IMG/VR virus record: IMGVR_UViG_3300036985_010229
Span: 1 to 60,445 of that record
Source: a virus
Lineage: Duplodnaviria; Caudoviricetes
Reading direction: 5' to 3' (one strand)
Length of the DNA: 60,445 nt
Shown: positions 55,862-60,445 of the stretch, one piece after another
Layout of the letters: every line of letters begins with the position of its first letter
How positions within the stretch are numbered: the stretch's first letter is position 1
Translations under genes and position numbers: made by a program
Notes under the pieces: generated by a model
Databases searched by the model: none
Told to the model about the DNA's origin: nothing
The model's input: the letters and a program-made list of their open reading frames with translations, nothing else

Positions 55862-55887
55862 AAGCGTGTGGGAGGCTCCCATTTACA
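55862..55887 (-). promoter_or_regulatory. bipartite promoter TGTAAA-N15-CGCTT
   Basis: Motif copy. Confidence 0.8.
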
Positions 55888-55905
55888 TGATTCGAGGTGA
55901 TCAAT

Positions 55906-56079
55906 CTACGTCTGCAACTCAGGACGCCGCAGGTCCACGGAGTCGTAGTAGGGCACCTCTACGACACGGCCCTGCCCGCGTCGGAGGTCCGGCTTGTCGC
56001 AAGGCCCGTCGTGCCCGAGCGGCTGACGGCAGAAGAGGTTCCAGCGACGACGATCAGCGACGACCTTCCCGCAGTTCAT
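55906..56079 (-). CDS. small Cys/His protein (57 aa)
   Basis: MNCG...C.QP.GHDGPC. Confidence 0.45.
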   Translation of the reverse strand: MNCGKVVADRRRWNLFCRQPLGHDGPCDKPDLRRGQGRVVEVPYYDSVDLRRPELQT

Positions 56080-56088
56080 GGGGACACC

Positions 56089-56268
56089 CTACTGAACCTG
56101 GCGGGCTCTGGCCCGAGCAACCCGAGCCTTCTCAGCCTGAAGCCACTTGAGGTGCTTCAGGGCGCACTCGTCACAGACCCGCCGGAGAGTGATCGACCCA
56201 CCGAAGTCCGTGGCAAGGTGGGTGACCATGACGCCCTCGGCCCAGCACTCGTCGCACTCGTTGGTCAT
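56089..56268 (-). CDS. small zinc-finger protein
   Basis: CDEC...VCDECA. Confidence 0.5.
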   Translation of the reverse strand: MTNECDECWAEGVMVTHLATDFGGSITLRRVCDECALKHLKWLQAEKARVARARARQVQ

Positions 56269-56501
56269 GGCTTCTCGCACGCCTTGCGCAGTTCGCGTGC
56301 AGCGTCATGCAGGAACGGGACGTGAACGACGGTGGCGACCTCGCCGACCGTCTCCATGCGCTGCACCACAACCAGCACCGCTGCTCTCAGGTCACGTAGC
56401 TCAGCACGGAGAGCGGTCGGGTCTGCGGACATTCCGGTGCGGTCGTGCGCTGGGCACCCGGCAACGAAATCGTCATGTGGCCCGCACCAGCACACCGTCA
56501 T
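56265..56501 (-). CDS. hypothetical protein
   Basis: C.C......GCP.H; LRAAVL...LRKACEKP module. Confidence 0.5.
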   Translation of the reverse strand: MTVCWCGPHDDFVAGCPAHDRTGMSADPTALRAELRDLRAAVLVVVQRMETVGEVATVVHVPFLHDAARELRKACEKP

Positions 56502-57196
56502 GGCTGCCTCTGCTGGCAGCCCTTCGCACAGACCCCACACCCCCGGCCTCGGCAGTTGGGGTCGGAGCACCGGCTGCACCCGTACCCCTGACAGAGGCTG
56601 CAAGGCTGCTTCGACTTGCGCGAACCGGCCTTCTCAGCCTTGTTGGCGAGGGAGCGAACGGCCTGGACGATCTCCAACCAGAGGTTCTTGTGCGGCTGCT
56701 TCACCTTGAAGCGAAGCTCAATCAGGTCCGCCGCGTCACGGAGAGCCTCGACTGCGCCCGCTCCCGCCTCAGGGACGGGGGCAGGACCCGCAGCGTCGAG
56801 CACCAGGCTCACCTCGGTGCCGTCAGGCGAGGGCGGGCGCTCAGCGCCCTCACGGGCCAGCACGAAACCTCGGGTCAGCCCCAGGAACGCGACACCACTC
56901 GCCCACTCGTCGAGGCTCGGAGACGCCTGCTCGACAGGGGGCTTGCCGCCCCCTCCTTGCTTGGGGTAGAGACCAGACTGGTAGAGGATCGTGCCGTCGG
57001 GCAGGTCAGGCTCCGCACGAGCGAGGGCGACCACGTTCCGCAGGAAGGTCGTGTCTGCTACGGGGTCGGGCGGCAGGGACAGAGCCCGGTCCAGGTTGCA
57101 CCAGGCACACGCCCCGCAGTTGGGCTCGGTGAGGCACCCCTCAGGGCCGCCTCGGATCTTGCGAGCGGCCTTCTCAATCTGTTCGGCGCGTGTCAT
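56498..57196 (-). CDS. mosaic Cys-rich protein
   Basis: MTRAEQIE...CGACAWC; C-terminal CSLCQG.GC..C...C.G.GC..C. Confidence 0.55.
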   Translation of the reverse strand: MTRAEQIEKAARKIRGGPEGCLTEPNCGACAWCNLDRALSLPPDPVADTTFLRNVVALARAEPDLPDGTILYQSGLYPKQGGGGKPPVEQASPSLDEWASGVAFLGLTRGFVLAREGAERPPSPDGTEVSLVLDAAGPAPVPEAGAGAVEALRDAADLIELRFKVKQPHKNLWLEIVQAVRSLANKAEKAGSRKSKQPCSLCQGYGCSRCSDPNCRGRGCGVCAKGCQQRQP

Positions 57197-57396
57197 GAGT
57201 CGATCCCGTCCACCCACCACGAGTGCTTGCACTCAGGGTTCTGGCAGTCGTACTTGTAGTCCTCGTACCCGCCGCACGACGACTCCCACACCCGACAGGC
57301 GACCGTCTTCTACTTGCACTTGGAGCAGACGTAGAGGTGGCCGCTAGGCGGCTGGAACACCCCAGCGGAGTCAGGCATGGGACCAGTGTGAGTCAT
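57193..57396 (-). pseudogene. small zinc-ribbon gene with in-frame TAG (pseudogene or readthrough)
   Basis: MTHTG...CSKCK*KTVACRVWESSCGGYEDYKYDC....C.HSWWVDGIDS. TAG at 57310-57312; GGCGTAAGG upstream; ATGA overlap downstream. Confidence 0.6.
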
Positions 57397-57411
57397 GGCT
57401 TCCTTACGCCC

Positions 57412-57639
57412 TCACCAGGAGCCTGGACCCCGCTTGCCACGGCGTGCGGTGCCCCCACCCATGTTCATGTCCCCGACGTGGGTGACCGGCCCAGCGACCT
57501 TCTTCACGGTCTTGTGGGGCACGATCTGCCCCCGCTCCGGGCCGAACTCCTTGCGGTAGCCGGTCACCCCGCAGTCACAGGTGAAACGGCCCATTTCCAT
57601 AGGCATGGGCTTCCAATCATGGGTGTGGTCAGTGGTCAT
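57412..57639 (-). CDS. hypothetical protein
   Basis: H.HDW......F.C.CG. Confidence 0.5.
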   Translation of the reverse strand: MTTDHTHDWKPMPMEMGRFTCDCGVTGYRKEFGPERGQIVPHKTVKKVAGPVTHVGDMNMGGGTARRGKRGPGSW

Positions 57640-57698
57640 GCTCAGTCATGTGTGCCACGACGCCCTGAGTTGCACCCGGTAGGAGCGGCCTGCCCCCC

Positions 57699-58016
57699 TC
57701 AGAGGGGGAAGTAGTGCTCCAGCAGCACGAGAAGGGGCCGCTTCTTGCCCGAGAGGTACGCTCGGATCCGGGGGACGAGCGTGCCCCTCTCCCACTCGGA
57801 CTCGAACGAGTAGGGCTTCCCGTCGCCGGGCCGGAAGAGCCCCAAGCTGGGGTTCTCCTGCTTCACGTCCTCGTCCTCGTAGGAGATCGCGAGGCACAGC
57901 CCCTCAGGGTGCAGGACGAACCGGTTGATCGCGTAGAGCAGCCCCGTCTCCAGCAGGAGCTTCTCAAGCTCAGCCTTCGGAACGGGGACGAGCTTACGGG
58001 CAGGGTCACCACTCAT
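57699..58016 (-). CDS. hypothetical protein
   Basis: GLL..INR..LHP.GL.LA motif. Confidence 0.6.
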   Translation of the reverse strand: MSGDPARKLVPVPKAELEKLLLETGLLYAINRFVLHPEGLCLAISYEDEDVKQENPSLGLFRPGDGKPYSFESEWERGTLVPRIRAYLSGKKRPLLVLLEHYFPL

Positions 58017-58447
58017 GGCTCACCCGCGAGGTGACGGTCGAGGTTGACAAGGGCTTGCTTGCCGTCGCCCAATCGAATGTAGAGGACGACCTGGGCCAAC
58101 GACTCAGGTAGTCCCCACGCCGAACACACGGCCTCGACCTCGAACTTGCGAGGCGGGCCGTCGTAGTCGTTCAAGTACCCGGCACGGACGTTCTGCCGGT
58201 GGTCGGAGTTGCGGTCCAAGTACCAGCGAGCCTTGGCAAGGTCTTGCTTCTCGGTGCCCTTGTGAGGAGCCCGCAGGAGGTACTTGAGGGCGTTGCCGTG
58301 GCAGAAGCCGAGACCCCAATCCTCGATCACCTTGATCGTCTCGTACTTGGCGGTGCCGTCGGCCCCGATCTCCCCGCCCTGATTGTAGTGGGACGGGTGG
58401 TTGACTAGCTCAGGTCGGTGGTCTTCGTCTTTGCGCATGACGGTCAT
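58013..58447 (-). CDS. DUF3310 (T7 Gp1.7/SaV-like) protein
   Basis: VNHPSHY, ETI.VIE..GLGF..GNALKYL.RA..KG...QDL.KARWYL. Confidence 0.85.
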   Translation of the reverse strand: MTVMRKDEDHRPELVNHPSHYNQGGEIGADGTAKYETIKVIEDWGLGFCHGNALKYLLRAPHKGTEKQDLAKARWYLDRNSDHRQNVRAGYLNDYDGPPRKFEVEAVCSAWGLPESLAQVVLYIRLGDGKQALVNLDRHLAGEP

Positions 58448-58458
58448 GGTCCTCAACC

Positions 58459-58908
58459 CTACGCCTTGACCTGGGCAGGCGGTTCCTCGACCGACGGAAG
58501 GGGCTCAGGGAGCCCGGCTCGGGGCTTGCGGAGGTCGTCCACAGGGACAGTCCAGAAGCCGGAACTGTGGGTCTGGCTGTTCTCGAACCTCAGCACGACC
58601 TCGTCCCTACCCCCGGTGTCGTCGAAGTCGAAGACCATGGCGAGCGTGAAGACGCCGTTCCCTAGGTCTGCCTCGGTGCGGTCGCCGATCCTCCAGAGGG
58701 TGCGCTTCTCGGGTGGGAGCACCTCCGCCGGGAGCACCTTCGCCGGAGAGGGCGTCATGAGCCTCTCAGAGGCAAGCGCCTGAAGCTCCTGGCGTTCTTT
58801 CTCCCAGGCGGCACGGGAGGTCCGGAGCATATGGAACTGGACCCAGGACAGGGTGGGGAGCAGGACAGCTACCAGAGCCCAGCAGACGTAGACGAGCGTG
58901 TCGTTCAT
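58459..58908 (-). CDS. membrane-anchored protein
   Basis: N-terminal transmembrane helix. Confidence 0.6.
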   Translation of the reverse strand: MNDTLVYVCWALVAVLLPTLSWVQFHMLRTSRAAWEKERQELQALASERLMTPSPAKVLPAEVLPPEKRTLWRIGDRTEADLGNGVFTLAMVFDFDDTGGRDEVVLRFENSQTHSSGFWTVPVDDLRKPRAGLPEPLPSVEEPPAQVKA

Positions 58909-59156
58909 GGAGCTTTCCCTTCGGTGACGATAGATCGGGCTTGCTCAGCAAGCCTGCGACGGGCTTCCTCGATCAGGGGCTTGGCGTCCTGGTAGTGCAG
59001 GTCGGTGAAGCCGTTCCCGGCGAACCTACCGGGGTGCCCGGCCAACTCCAGCAGGCGGTTGACGTGGTCCACATGAAAGAGCGCCCGCTCAGTCTGCGAG
59101 TGAAGCTCGACGTAGTCGAGCAGTGCCTCGTCGGTCCAATCGGGAGGAGTAGCCAT
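58905..59156 (-). CDS. hypothetical protein
   Basis: LL.YV..HS.TERALFH..H..RL..LAG; GGCGTAAGG upstream. Confidence 0.65.
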   Translation of the reverse strand: MATPPDWTDEALLDYVELHSQTERALFHVDHVNRLLELAGHPGRFAGNGFTDLHYQDAKPLIEEARRRLAEQARSIVTEGKAP

Positions 59157-59204
59157 GGTCCCAACCTTACGCCCGGAAGACCCAGCCTGAGCGTAACCTA
59201 GGGC

Positions 59205-59996
59205 ATGACCCTCGAAGACCACCGAACCACTGAGCACTTCATGGTCGAGCGGTACTCCTTCTACGAGGACCCGGACTCCGGGCAGACGCTCAGGTTCGCG
59301 GAGGTAGCACCCCCAGACCCCCACGAGCACGAGGGCCAAATCTGCGGGTGTACACGGGCTGTCGCGACCAAGCCCTCAACCATCCACCGAGAGGTGAAGC
59401 AGCGGTTGAGCTTCGTCTCCCCTGGGTTCGAGTTCCCGATCAACACGGGGCAGGTCACCTTCGGCAGGCTCGGTGACCCAGCAGGTCACGCCTACTTCTG
59501 GTTCAGGCTCCCGAAGGAGCCGAGTATCCAGATTGAGATCACGCTGCCGGGCTACGGGCGGAGCGACCACTTCTTCGCGACGCTCATGAAGGGCAACCAG
59601 TGTGATTCTTCTCAGTTGTTCAACGGGCACAGCCCGAGCCGGGTGTACGACTTCTCGAAGATCGACCCGGACGCGCTCTACTTGTACTCGTGTGGGGTCG
59701 GCGGGCGGGAGGCGCTCAGGTTCTTCGAGACCCCTGGGGAGGTCGCCCTCTGGAACGGTGCCTTCGAGCAGGTCAAGATCGCGCAGGAGCGCGTCCGCCT
59801 CCTCAGCGAAGATTGCATGAGCCCAGCAGACTGGCTCCGTGTCCAGCTAGAGCAGGACCCCCTGCTCAGAGAAGCCACTCTTGCCACGCGGGAGCTACTC
59901 GCCCCGGTCGCAGCCAATCTCAGGGACACCGAACTCTTCAAGTTGGGCGACGAGGTCCGCAAGCGCACCAGCCCAGGGTGGGCACCCACCCCCTAG
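59205..59996 (+). CDS. hypothetical protein
   Basis: 263-aa ORF with coding-like GC3; divergent from 59156; GCGTAA upstream. Confidence 0.7.
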   Translation: MTLEDHRTTEHFMVERYSFYEDPDSGQTLRFAEVAPPDPHEHEGQICGCTRAVATKPSTIHREVKQRLSFVSPGFEFPINTGQVTFGRLGDPAGHAYFWFRLPKEPSIQIEITLPGYGRSDHFFATLMKGNQCDSSQLFNGHSPSRVYDFSKIDPDALYLYSCGVGGREALRFFETPGEVALWNGAFEQVKIAQERVRLLSEDCMSPADWLRVQLEQDPLLREATLATRELLAPVAANLRDTELFKLGDEVRKRTSPGWAPTP

Positions 59997-60250
59997 AAGG
60001 CGGGCCGACAGCAGGACGGAGCGAGCCCAGTCCGGGCTAGCTCCTCCTCTAGGTCGAGCAGCAGGGTGAGCGCAGCTACGTCGTCACCCTCCCCCGTGAG
60101 CAGCACCACCCAGGTCTGCCTGAGTTCCACGGCTAGCTGCCGAACCCGAGCAGTCTCAGGGGACGCCTGGACCTCCCGCAAGACGGCCTCGGCGAACCGC
60201 ACCGGGTCGTGGTCGTAATCCCGCAGGTCGAGCTTGGACGGCGTGCTCAT
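59993..60250 (-). CDS. hypothetical protein
   Basis: MSTPSKL..., convergent with the 59205 gene. Confidence 0.4.
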   Translation of the reverse strand: MSTPSKLDLRDYDHDPVRFAEAVLREVQASPETARVRQLAVELRQTWVVLLTGEGDDVAALTLLLDLEEELARTGLAPSCCRPAF

Positions 60251-60445
60251 GCTCAGGAGCAGCCCAACAGAGAAGCTACCCAGTACTTGTTGCTGGCTGT
60301 TCTGGCTAGCTGACTGGGCTAGCCAGGCCATAGGTGTGCTCAGGCTGAGTCCAGCCTGAAACACACCCGCCAGGCACCCGAGCACCCGCAATCCTGACCC
60401 CAATCTGCTCAATCCACCCAATCGTGTCCCATTTTCGGGGATTGG

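Noticed and set aside
1-60445. CRISPR array
   Set aside because: No regularly spaced 25-45 bp repeats seen and no cas genes; the only longer direct repeat I found has two copies inside a CDS.
1-60445. Genome-wide TAG recoding
   Set aside because: Several clear genes (rtcB, 1-318, 32357, 52480) end properly at TAG and long ORFs are intact in code 11; only one internal TAG was found.

Overview
This GC-rich window has dense, mostly minus-strand coding and reads as part of a large (probably jumbo, contractile-tailed) phage or prophage genome. The host is unproven; a Cys-rich lipoprotein hints at Myxococcota. Positions 1-15.6 kb hold a virion/lysis module: an 868-aa protein, a PG-binding amidase endolysin, a 3647-aa giant structural protein and a 199-aa Gly-rich protein. 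The rest is an accessory region of about 100 short, mostly overlapping ORFs. Recognisable among them are a partly duplicated amino-DNA methyltransferase, GIY-YIG and degenerate HNH-like nucleases, a DEDDh exonuclease, a PAPS-reductase-family protein, an isolated gp5/VgrG-like spike, RtcB, a CoaB-like/class II aldolase-like fusion, an HD/(p)ppGpp-hydrolase-like protein, HicA-like, DUF5131, PcfJ, DUF3228, DUF3846, DUF3310 and a stand-alone domain of the phosphorothioation-associated methyltransferase. Five signals read directly from the DNA stand out. (1) A bipartite promoter TGWAAR-N15-CGCTT occurs 13 times plus 1 variant with invariant spacing. (2) One copy drives an unannotated ~95-nt pseudoknotted RNA with a T-loop. 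(3) A second motif, GGCGTAAG, precedes about 16 starts. (4) Two unrelated DNA-modification-type enzymes end in the same peptide tag PVSMxSLFGxD. (5) A small Zn-finger gene is interrupted by an in-frame TAG. All family calls come from motif recognition by eye; no database searches were run.
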